Positions 1-7,891 of a stretch of 34,075 nt of DNA are shown here, piece by piece; positions within the stretch are counted from its first letter, which is position 1; each line of letters starts with the position of its first letter. Source of the DNA: a virus (taxonomy: Duplodnaviria > Caudoviricetes); the IMG/VR virus record IMGVR_UViG_3300048577_000442, positions 1 through 34,075 of that record. One strand, given 5' to 3'. A program made the translations under genes and the position numbers. The notes under the pieces were generated by a model. That model searched no databases and was not told the DNA's origin. It worked only from the letters and a program-made list of their open reading frames with translations.

Positions 1-1245
1 ATGCTGAATCTGTATCGGCGGCACGTCGGCAACAAGGAAAAGAAGACCGGGTGCTCACTCGCTGGCACTCGGTCAAAGGAATGCCCGTCAAAGCCGAAGT
101 GTCCAATCCACTTCGAGGGCATCGACGGCCAAGGCCAACGCATCAGACCACAAGCACTGATTGATCCGGCCACAGGCTCAGGTGTACGTGACTGGAGCCG
201 TGCCGTCGAGATCATCCGAGAGCTTGAACTTCCGAAGCCACCAGACCAGCAGCAAGCCCCAAAGGTGTCCATCCAAGACGCCATCGCCACCTTCCTCAAA
301 TCCAAGTCAGGGATCAGCAGTTCCGCCTACGGCAAGTACGTGCTCGTGCTGAACCGCCTTGCGGCCTACATGGAACTACAGAAGCGGACAGCGGTGGAAG
401 AGGTCACCCTTGTTGACTTGGTGAACTTCCGTGCCACCTGGACAGGCGAGAACACCACTCAACGCAGGGACCAAGAGAACCTGAAGGGGTTCTTCCGTTT
501 CTGCGTTGATGCCGACTACATCCTCAAGAATCCGGCAGCGAAGCTCTCGCCAATTCAGAAGACAAGGCCACAGACAGACCCATTCGAACCGGAAGAGATG
601 GACCGCATCTTTGCTGCGCTGTCAGAACTCACGGATGAGTACGGGCGCAAAGGTCAGGCTATAGCCGACCAGACCAAGGCATTCGTGTACGTGATGAGGT
701 ACACGGGCCTGTCCATTGGCGACGTTGCCAAGCTAGAGAAGGCGCACGTTCAGGGCAACCGCATCATGACCTACCGTAAGAAGACGAATGAGGAGGTCTT
801 TGCGGCAGTTCCGCCTTTCGTGATTGCAATTTTGAATTCCGCACCACATGACAGTGACAGGTACTTTTTCTGGAGCGGGAACGGAAACATCCACACACGC
901 ACCAGCAAATGGGGCACACGCCTGCAACGACTGTTCGTGCTGGCGGGTGTGAGAGTGGTTGAAGTGGAGAAGGTCCGCAGATCAGGCGGAGTCCTAAAGG
1001 ACAAGCCCGAACTCGTCAAGGTGTCTGAGGCTGTACCTCACATGTTCCGGCACACGTTGGTCCGTGATCTTCTGACGGCAGACAACCCGGTCCCGATGGA
1101 GGCGATTGCGGAACTGCTGGGAGACAAGCTGGAGACTGTGCGGGAACACTACAGCAAGTGGGATCGTCGGCGGCAAGCACGGCTGGAATCACATCTCACT
1201 GACTTCTGGAGCAACGACAAACTCACCAACTCACTGTCGGCCTAA
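1..1245 (+). CDS. int: Tyrosine recombinase / phage integrase (atypical active site)
   Basis: SAM-like core-binding region (FFRFCVDADYILKNPA), RYTGLSIGD box I, RKKT lysine, PHMFRHT (HxxR), LLGD...EHY box II. N-terminal His/Cys-rich arm (RRH..C..C..CPIH). Confidence 0.93.
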   Translation: MLNLYRRHVGNKEKKTGCSLAGTRSKECPSKPKCPIHFEGIDGQGQRIRPQALIDPATGSGVRDWSRAVEIIRELELPKPPDQQQAPKVSIQDAIATFLKSKSGISSSAYGKYVLVLNRLAAYMELQKRTAVEEVTLVDLVNFRATWTGENTTQRRDQENLKGFFRFCVDADYILKNPAAKLSPIQKTRPQTDPFEPEEMDRIFAALSELTDEYGRKGQAIADQTKAFVYVMRYTGLSIGDVAKLEKAHVQGNRIMTYRKKTNEEVFAAVPPFVIAILNSAPHDSDRYFFWSGNGNIHTRTSKWGTRLQRLFVLAGVRVVEVEKVRRSGGVLKDKPELVKVSEAVPHMFRHTLVRDLLTADNPVPMEAIAELLGDKLETVREHYSKWDRRRQARLESHLTDFWSNDKLTNSLSA

Positions 1246-1282
1246 ACGGCACGAGCCAACCCGACCATGGTTGGCTCTGTCT

Positions 1283-1507
1283 TCATGCGGCTGGATTCTG
1301 GCGGCGCTTGTAGACTCGCACGAGCACCGATTCTGGAATCATGATCGTGCGGTGACTCCGTTTGTATCTGGTGGTTCTTCCTTGCGGATTCGCCGACACG
1401 TCCAGCACACCGGGTTCGATGAGGAACATTCGACGTACCGTGTCGTAGGAAATGTTCCACAACTCAGCAATCTCTCTCACAGTGTAGTGCCTCTCAGAGC
1501 ACTGCAT
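1283..1507 (-). CDS. Excisionase-like / MerR-type HTH DNA-binding protein
   Basis: ERHYTVREIAELWNISYDTVRRMF..EPGV..RTIMIPESV motif, next to the integrase. The ORF track extends to 1621; ATG at 1507 is more likely. Confidence 0.7.
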   Translation of the reverse strand: MQCSERHYTVREIAELWNISYDTVRRMFLIEPGVLDVSANPQGRTTRYKRSHRTIMIPESVLVRVYKRRQNPAA

Positions 1508-1718
1508 GACAGCAAGGTTGCTGCTCGTACTTGTTGACGGGGCGAGAGGCGGACTTCCCTGCCCTTCGCAATACTTGGAACGCATCTTTGCGGATTCATT
1601 CTGAAATCGCTTCTTCGTCAAGTGTCAGTTGTTGACGAACAAAGAGGGTAGCGGCTCATCGATTCTCCTTACGCTAGCATTTCTGATTCCTCAACCGACA
1701 ATAGCTGCGTCACCGCTG

Positions 1719-2111
1719 CTATGCGTCAGACTTCAGTTCCTGTGAGCGCTGATACAATATCTCAGCAACATTCTGATGAACATCCTTAGGTCTACCAAAG
1801 CAAGAGCACTTCGGATTCTTGCAGGTATTCGACTGTCGTCCATCCCACATAGGATCCGTCTCGGCCAGACCACTCGTCCCCCACGTTTCAATCAACTGGA
1901 TACTGCCAGCTAGCTCTTGAAGGGTCTCCTTGAGCATCTTCGCCATTACTGCGTGAGGACCTTCCCAGATTTGAAGGGTGCCATCACTATCCCACAGTAT
2001 CGTCAGCGGTTGATCTTCGACAATACAATACCACACTTTGATGGTGGGTTTCGTATTAGACTTCACTCTAGATCGCTTCCTATGCCTCATAACTTCTCTT
2101 TCTTCATTCAA
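1719..2111 (-). CDS. Hypothetical protein
   Basis: 130-aa ORF in a run of co-oriented minus-strand genes; small CxxxxCxC cluster. Confidence 0.55.
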   Translation of the reverse strand: MNEEREVMRHRKRSRVKSNTKPTIKVWYCIVEDQPLTILWDSDGTLQIWEGPHAVMAKMLKETLQELAGSIQLIETWGTSGLAETDPMWDGRQSNTCKNPKCSCFGRPKDVHQNVAEILYQRSQELKSDA

Positions 2112-2123
2112 TCAATAATAGGG

Positions 2124-2621
2124 TCAAGCCGCCCTGCCAATGGGTACGCAATTGAATAATGCATTGATCGCCGCTTCCAATTTCGGAAGTGCGCTCTTGC
2201 GATCACGGTCCCAGATGCCCTTGTAATACGGCAACTCTTTCCGGGGGGAGAAATGCCACGAGATCTGCCCGACCCCTGGCAATTCGAAGTAGATGATGTG
2301 AGTCGTGTCAGCTACGTTCGATTGGTGGACACCATACACCCATCCTTGCCCTGCGGCAATCTGGATCAACTCTTGGATCAGCGAAGCCTTTTTGAAGTAG
2401 TTGACCTGGGCGTAGGTGTAGCCGCCCAGATCACCCCCATAGTATCTCTTCGCCGTAAGATTACTGTCTTCAATCTCTAGAGCGATCCTCAACGCCTTGG
2501 CGTAGATGTCGTGCTTCGCCAGTTTGTTTAACCGCAGCTTGGTCCTCCGGGTTCCCATGCCTGCAAACTCGGTTCTGCTCCTGATTAGTCTATTGATCTT
2601 CTTCTTGGTGTCCTTCTTCAC
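2124..2621 (-). CDS. Phage hypothetical protein (WDGH-domain-like)
   Basis: YFELPGVGQISWH...PYYKGIWD motif resembles LPxGQISxH...WDG phage proteins. GTG at 2621 follows AGAAAGGA; ORF track start is 2684. Confidence 0.55.
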   Translation of the reverse strand: MKKDTKKKINRLIRSRTEFAGMGTRRTKLRLNKLAKHDIYAKALRIALEIEDSNLTAKRYYGGDLGGYTYAQVNYFKKASLIQELIQIAAGQGWVYGVHQSNVADTTHIIYFELPGVGQISWHFSPRKELPYYKGIWDRDRKSALPKLEAAINALFNCVPIGRAA

Positions 2622-2659
2622 CGCAATTTCCTTTCTGTGTCCCACATTGCGGTCCGTCG

Positions 2660-2935
2660 TCACCACGACGCCGCTTCGTCGCACACCTCATCAATGCTCG
2701 ATAACTCGATCTCGTCCTCTATCTGCCTTCCGATATCTTTGACAAAGAACGGCACTTCGACGTCATCCGGATCGAACGAGAATGACGCCTTGCCATCGTA
2801 GAAGTTTCTGATCGCAAGCTCTGTGATCTCATCCTCAGTCAGTGAGGGCAGTACTTCAATAACCTGCTCACTATAGACATAGCACCGAATCTGTGCGGCC
2901 AGCTTCACATGTTTCTTCACCGTTGTGCTGCTCAT
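2660..2935 (-). CDS. Hypothetical acidic protein
   Basis: ATG at 2935 preceded by GAGGAG; ORF track start is 3001. Confidence 0.55.
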   Translation of the reverse strand: MSSTTVKKHVKLAAQIRCYVYSEQVIEVLPSLTEDEITELAIRNFYDGKASFSFDPDDVEVPFFVKDIGRQIEDEIELSSIDEVCDEAASW

Positions 2936-3060
2936 ACGCTCCTCATTTCTGTCGCTCAGCGGCGACAACCTCATTATGCCGAGAGAGCAATCACAATGCA
3001 ATATAATTCACTCCTCAGGCCACATTTTTTCTCGCTATATCTATTTCTCGGCCCTCTAAT

Positions 3061-3106
3061 ATCTACCTCTGTCTATTTCCATCTATTTTCATCTACTTCT
3101 ATCTAC
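3061..3106. repeat. 10-bp-periodic RTCTAY array (5 copies)
   Basis: ATCTAC 3061, GTCTAT 3071, ATCTAT 3081, ATCTAC 3091, ATCTAC 3101, plus ATCTAT at 3039. Confidence 0.8.
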
Positions 3107-3441
3107 CCGAGGAGCATTTCGTTAATCTCCTGCTGTTCTGTGATCTCCACCAACACGGCGGATCCCGCAGGAAACGCCTGCTCATACGTCGATGGCGGGT
3201 GCCCTGCCAGGATGTTCATCAAATGAATTTGGTCTGACTCCGCTAACACGTCGATGTCGGGCTCTCTCGCTGGTCCGTCCATCGCTCCATCGCTGACGAG
3301 AGGCCGACCGAACTGGATCAAGTGCCTTCTGTCGGCCTGTGCCAGCAACTCTAATGCCTGATAGGACGGCAGGCCGTGGTTCAGGAGGTAGCGGAGTGCT
3401 GCCATGGTTTTGTCGAGGTCGATGTGAAACCGTACAGGCAT
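3103..3441 (-). CDS. Shortened Panacea (DUF4065/SocA-like) antitoxin-domain protein
   Basis: RFHIDLDKTMAALRYLL..LL..ADRRHLIQFGRPL..D..AM.GP...PDIDVLAESD matches Panacea-family motifs, with the middle segment missing. Confidence 0.6.
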   Translation of the reverse strand: MPVRFHIDLDKTMAALRYLLNHGLPSYQALELLAQADRRHLIQFGRPLVSDGAMDGPAREPDIDVLAESDQIHLMNILAGHPPSTYEQAFPAGSAVLVEITEQQEINEMLLG

Positions 3442-3446
3442 ACAGT

Positions 3447-3452
3447 TATTTA
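3447..3452 (-). promoter_or_regulatory. TAAATA T4-late-like promoter motif
   Basis: Minus strand tTAAATAactgtATG, 5 nt before the start at 3441, no SD. Confidence 0.65.
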
Positions 3453-3659
3453 ATTCACGGACTCAGAGGCCTGACTCAGCATCAGATACGGCATCACATC
3501 AGCATCAGTCAGATACCCACGCAGATAATCCTTGATGATGCAGGCGACGGCAGCAGGGGTGAGGTTTCCACTGAGGCTTTGGTCTAGTTCCGCATCCGTC
3601 AACTCATTCTTCATATTCGCTAAGATCAATGCCTCTTCAATGTTGATTGTGATTGTCAT
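3450..3659 (-). CDS. Hypothetical protein
   Basis: 69-aa ORF co-oriented with the downstream genes. Confidence 0.5.
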   Translation of the reverse strand: MTITINIEEALILANMKNELTDAELDQSLSGNLTPAAVACIIKDYLRGYLTDADVMPYLMLSQASESVN

Positions 3660-3755
3660 TGCTCGATCAAATCACAGTTCAAACTACTTTGCATCTACTT
3701 TCTTTTCATGAGATGATAGATGGGTTGATAGAGATCAGGCTTAATACATAAACCA

Positions 3756-4652
3756 ATGGTCATTTATGGCGAGTCGTTACTAATGCTGCAAGGCATTGCA
3801 GATACGGAAGGAGAGACATTCGATGCTTGTGTGTGCGATCCTCCTTACGGATTGAGATTCATGAATGCGAAGTGGGATCATAATGTTCCATCCGTTGCAA
3901 TGTGGCAAGCCGTCATCGGCGTCCTCAAGCCCGGTGCTCATCTATTGGCTTTCGGCGGAACCAGGACTTACCACCGGATGGTTGTTAACATCGAGGACGC
4001 AGGGTTCGAGATCCGTGACCAGTTGGTTTGGCTGTATGGAAGCGGCCTCCCCAAGTCGAAAGACCTCAACGACGGTATGGGAACCGCTCTCAAACCTGCC
4101 ATGGAGCCAATCGTCTTGGCCCGGAAGCCTCTCTCAGAGCGGAATGTCACGGCGAACGTGAGGAAGCACGGTACAGGCGGGCTGAACATCGACGCCTGTC
4201 GCATAGGTACAGACCAAATCAGGACTTATCACAGTGCATTCCTCAAGTACAGCGGTCAAAATCGTCGCCCGTGGCACGACCGCCACGTCAACCACACGTC
4301 CAAGCACACAGGTCGCTTCCCGGCGAACGTCTTGATAGATGAAGAGACAACAACAGTTCTGGACAGCGAGCCACACCCCACCAAAGGGGGAGCATCACGG
4401 TTCTTCTACTGCGCCAAGGCTTCAAAGTCTGAAAAAGGTGATGCGAAACACCCAACAATAAAGCCGCTAGCGCTCATGCGCTATCTTTGCCGCCTCGTCA
4501 CGCCATCGCAGGGCCGAATCCTTGATCCGTTCGGTGGCACAGGAACCACCAAGGAAGCGGCTCATCTGGAAGGGTTCGATTGCACGGTAATCGAGCGAGA
4601 ACGGAAGCACATCGCAGACATCACAAAACGAATGAGAAAGCATGAGGTATGA
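3756..4652 (+). CDS. DNA methyltransferase, N6-adenine/N4-cytosine, beta class
   Basis: Catalytic DPPY near the N-terminus, HPTIKP and SAM-binding ILDPFGGTGTT near the C-terminus; no cognate endonuclease adjacent. Confidence 0.93.
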   Translation: MVIYGESLLMLQGIADTEGETFDACVCDPPYGLRFMNAKWDHNVPSVAMWQAVIGVLKPGAHLLAFGGTRTYHRMVVNIEDAGFEIRDQLVWLYGSGLPKSKDLNDGMGTALKPAMEPIVLARKPLSERNVTANVRKHGTGGLNIDACRIGTDQIRTYHSAFLKYSGQNRRPWHDRHVNHTSKHTGRFPANVLIDEETTTVLDSEPHPTKGGASRFFYCAKASKSEKGDAKHPTIKPLALMRYLCRLVTPSQGRILDPFGGTGTTKEAAHLEGFDCTVIERERKHIADITKRMRKHEV

Positions 4653-5064
4653 TGACGAAATGTCCGACATTTCGACTCTAATACGACAAATGGAGGAGAC
4701 CGCCAAGGAGGTCTCCGAACTGACCGCAAAGTTGGAGGCCACGAAGCTCAAGGGGCGGGAACTGGCGACCAGATATCAGGAGTATCACCTAGCCATCCTC
4801 AGGCAGTTCGACGTGGAGGAGGAACCAGCCTCGAAACCGACGAAGCCGAAAAGCGGACGACCGCCCAGGTCGCTGGTAGGGCGGGCGCAGTCGTCTGTGA
4901 CGAGGTTGCTGAACTCCATCGACACAAAGGCCACTGCCAAAGCGGCTGCGCTGAAGCAAGCGACGGAAACGGCTGAGCGAGTCTGCCGGAAGAACGGCTC
5001 ACTGCTCACAGACGAAGTGAAGGCAATGGTGGAAGCAAAGATCAGCGAGATGTACAAGAGATAG
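4642..5064 (+). CDS. Small basic coiled-coil protein (paralog of 5067..5435)
   Basis: N-terminal coiled coil, KPKSGRPPR linker, helical C-domain shared with the next gene. Confidence 0.65.
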   Translation: MRYDDEMSDISTLIRQMEETAKEVSELTAKLEATKLKGRELATRYQEYHLAILRQFDVEEEPASKPTKPKSGRPPRSLVGRAQSSVTRLLNSIDTKATAKAAALKQATETAERVCRKNGSLLTDEVKAMVEAKISEMYKR

Positions 5065-5066
5065 AT

Positions 5067-5435
5067 ATGCCATCCATACTTGATCAGATACGGGACCTCG
5101 AAACCAAGAAACAACAACTCCTCGACACGGCGATTGCCCAACTACAGGCAGAAGTCGATGCATTGAACGATCTGGGCTACTCATACGTCCTCGTTCGCAC
5201 CGTGGACTCACCAAGCCGCAGCAAACGGGCCAGGGCCACATCAACGGAGATCAGATGGAGCACGAGCATCACTCGGATCCTGAACTACGCTAAAGCGAAC
5301 AAGCTCACGAAGGCACAAGCTCTAGATGCGATCAGGCTCGCCTTGCAAAAGCTGGCGCACAAGAAGGGCACCACAGTACCAGCGGATGTGCTGCAACAGG
5401 CTGAGCAGCAGGTGGCCGAAGCATTGAAGAAATGA
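5067..5435 (+). CDS. Small basic coiled-coil protein, H-NS-like architecture (paralog of 4642..5064)
   Basis: Starts 2 nt after the previous stop; coiled coil ending LNDLGYSYVLV, basic linker, SITRILN..KAQAL..KKG domain. Confidence 0.65.
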   Translation: MPSILDQIRDLETKKQQLLDTAIAQLQAEVDALNDLGYSYVLVRTVDSPSRSKRARATSTEIRWSTSITRILNYAKANKLTKAQALDAIRLALQKLAHKKGTTVPADVLQQAEQQVAEALKK

Positions 5436-5529
5436 ACTGTAACGTCTTCTCTGCCACGCCAAGGCAGGTTGACAGCCCCACCTCCAGTCACCCGAGTAGC
5501 CTAGTACCGAACACAGAACGATACTCTCT

Positions 5530-6234
5530 ATGGCGATAGATGCAAGACTGATACGGAAAGAGGAACTTGCCCTCTGGGAGACAATCAAAGCAGCAGGATT
5601 CGATCCAGCAGATTTTGAACTCAAAGAGATTGTACGCACTGAAATAGATCCCTCTGGTGTACCTAACAGAAGGAGACATGAATACCGTGTTACATCTTGC
5701 GTCCACACATCAAGCGGCAGCTACTTCGTTGTAGGTGTATTCTGGCTTGTCTGGTCGCCAGACCCCGACCAAAGAACCAATCAAACAATAAAGGAGGTCG
5801 AGTGGTCGCTGAACCGCTTCGCTATCCAACGATGGCTTGCCGCCATCAAATTTGACCTAGACAATCCCAGCCCTTGGGAGTCATTACGCTCCAGCAAATC
5901 ACTCAATGAGTTCCTTGACACTCAGACAGACGACGGTCCATTCACGCCACACGAGCAACAGGTAATTGCAGAAGCCACCGATACCGCTAAGGAAACCGCT
6001 AGCGCAGTAAGTAATCTCCCTGCTGATCACCTTAAGCGCATTGCCGATTCTCTCGACACCCTGAAAGCCAGTTCAGCGAGTGTTACAAAGAAGCAATTCA
6101 TTACTCTAGCGCTGGGCGAAGCTGTGAAACTGATGATGCAAAAGATCAATCTAGATGTGATCCGATCCGTATGGGATACACTGTTGCACGGCATTGCAGC
6201 CATCTACGGGTACATTCGCTTATTGAGTAGCTAG
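5530..6234 (+). CDS. Hypothetical accessory protein
   Basis: 234-aa ORF, visibly more AT-rich than the core genes; helical hydrophobic C-terminus. Confidence 0.7.
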   Translation: MAIDARLIRKEELALWETIKAAGFDPADFELKEIVRTEIDPSGVPNRRRHEYRVTSCVHTSSGSYFVVGVFWLVWSPDPDQRTNQTIKEVEWSLNRFAIQRWLAAIKFDLDNPSPWESLRSSKSLNEFLDTQTDDGPFTPHEQQVIAEATDTAKETASAVSNLPADHLKRIADSLDTLKASSASVTKKQFITLALGEAVKLMMQKINLDVIRSVWDTLLHGIAAIYGYIRLLSS

Positions 6235-6386
6235 CTATGAGATTCGACTTGTATGCTAAGTAGCTTGACGCTATTGGAAGTTACTCCTAAGTTGTCATGA
6301 TTGACTACCCAGGACACGGACTGGTCGCATTACGTAAGGCACAGGCAACTTACTTTCGATTCAGAAGGAAACGAGGCGGGAAGATA

Positions 6387-6845
6387 ATGGCACGTCTTAT
6401 TGCAATTTGCGTTCTATATGGCGGATTGACTCTTCATGCGGGCGATCCCTACAATTATTCCAGGTGGTGGTCATCACTTACGCCACAGGCGCAACATACC
6501 TATATTGATGGTTACATGTTGGGTGTACAAAGCGCCTATAACACGCTACGCTTCTTGTGGATTCCAGACCCTGAGCGCTTTCACGCACCGCCAAGTAAGC
6601 GAATTGCTGATGCCGATGAGCGCCTATTCCCAAAGACAATTGACTCTGATGTTCTTGTGCCGATCATTTCAGACCTATACAAAGACCCCTCTAATCTTTA
6701 CGTTGCACCACATCGCCTGCTTTACATTGCCAGCAGTAAGATAAACGGCCAGAGAATTGATGATGATCTTGTCTTTGAACGGCGCAGAGCGATTGAACTC
6801 CACGAGGCCAGTGAAAAACTCCAAAAAGCGATGGAGAAGAAATAG
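6387..6845 (+). CDS. Putative exported protein
   Basis: ATG at 6387 after GAGGCGGGAAG gives MARLIAICVLYGGLTLHA, which is signal-peptide-like. ORF track start is 6297. Confidence 0.65.
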   Translation: MARLIAICVLYGGLTLHAGDPYNYSRWWSSLTPQAQHTYIDGYMLGVQSAYNTLRFLWIPDPERFHAPPSKRIADADERLFPKTIDSDVLVPIISDLYKDPSNLYVAPHRLLYIASSKINGQRIDDDLVFERRRAIELHEASEKLQKAMEKK

Positions 6846-6971
6846 GAGGACCTTCCTATGGCAGGCCACTTCGTCAGCGATGGTGCGGTCACGCCTCTAC
6901 GCCCTGCGGCAAGTCCGAATGATTGATGCGGCTGGAACAGACAGCCCAACCGCAGACGACCCTAATCCACC

Positions 6972-7595
6972 TTAAGCTCTCACTATGCGGTGGGCGCTCC
7001 CAGCAAGCACGTGAACCTCGATCCTAACACCAATGATGAGTGGGGCTTCGAGACTGTAAGTGTTAAAGTTGGGCTTGATCGCCAATACGACATTATTGCC
7101 TTCTTTGATATGGCATCCCGGCAATGTTCCGTAATTGCCATAAGCCACGACAATACCCTCAAGATCATACACGTGGCCAATTAAATCTCCAGTTGCGGCA
7201 TTAACCACCTTCTGCCCGATTAGACGCTTCAGGATGTCAGCATTACTGGTTTGCCAATTTGGAGGAAGTGCCATTTCTCCTTCTGGTGTGACAAATATCG
7301 ATCTTCGTCCGGTCTTCCAGGTCTCAACAAGCAAATCTTCTCCATTGCCAACGGGCAACTGAAGTCCTTCTACTTTGGATCCCACTGTTTTCATGACTGA
7401 AGTAACGCATTCCTTCCCCAGCCTAACACCAGCAGGCTGCGCCATGCAGTCGTGGTTCGGCAAGGAACCTTGAGTAGTAATTGCGTCTAGCTGGCGATCA
7501 CTCTGCTCCGCTCGCACATTAGCGAACGGCATTAATTCATTGATTACTTGGATCGCCGCATCTGTTACTGCGTCGAGGCGTTCTAGATCTGTCAC
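6972..7595 (-). CDS. Hypothetical accessory protein
   Basis: 207-aa ORF, no motif recognised. Confidence 0.6.
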   Translation of the reverse strand: MTDLERLDAVTDAAIQVINELMPFANVRAEQSDRQLDAITTQGSLPNHDCMAQPAGVRLGKECVTSVMKTVGSKVEGLQLPVGNGEDLLVETWKTGRRSIFVTPEGEMALPPNWQTSNADILKRLIGQKVVNAATGDLIGHVYDLEGIVVAYGNYGTLPGCHIKEGNNVVLAIKPNFNTYSLEAPLIIGVRIEVHVLAGSAHRIVRA

Positions 7596-7736
7596 TTAGT
7601 ATTCATCCCTTCTGAATAAATCCCCCGATGACCGTTCGGAGGCCCGCTCATCATACCATTCCGTGAACTCTCCTGAGAGTGATTGAACGTAACGTAAGCA
7701 ACATTACACAGCGATCAACTATATCTGTCATATTGA

Positions 7737-7886
7737 CTACACTGCCTTCAGCTTCCAGCCTCTCCTCGTCTTCACCATCCGCACATCCCCTGATCGCTCC
7801 CTATCTTGCTTACGATCCTTGCCTTGTTCTGCGATCAACGCCGCAAGTTGATCTGACGCCCGTCGCTCTTTCTTCCTCTTTTTCAT
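7737..7886 (-). CDS. Small basic hypothetical protein
   Basis: ATG at 7886 with GGGAGA upstream, just after the stop of the rep-like gene; 49 aa, K/R-rich. Confidence 0.4.
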   Translation of the reverse strand: MKKRKKERRASDQLAALIAEQGKDRKQDRERSGDVRMVKTRRGWKLKAV

Positions 7887-7891
7887 TCGTT

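Noticed and set aside
1-60. att sites or a tRNA integration target
   Set aside because: The window starts at the integrase ATG and ends inside the lysis region; no tRNA or att core repeat is visible.
3756-4652. Complete restriction-modification system
   Set aside because: No adjacent endonuclease; orphan methyltransferases are common in temperate phages.
6858-6926. 22-aa ORF after a strong AGGAGGA
   Set aside because: No recognisable motif and too short to support from sequence alone.
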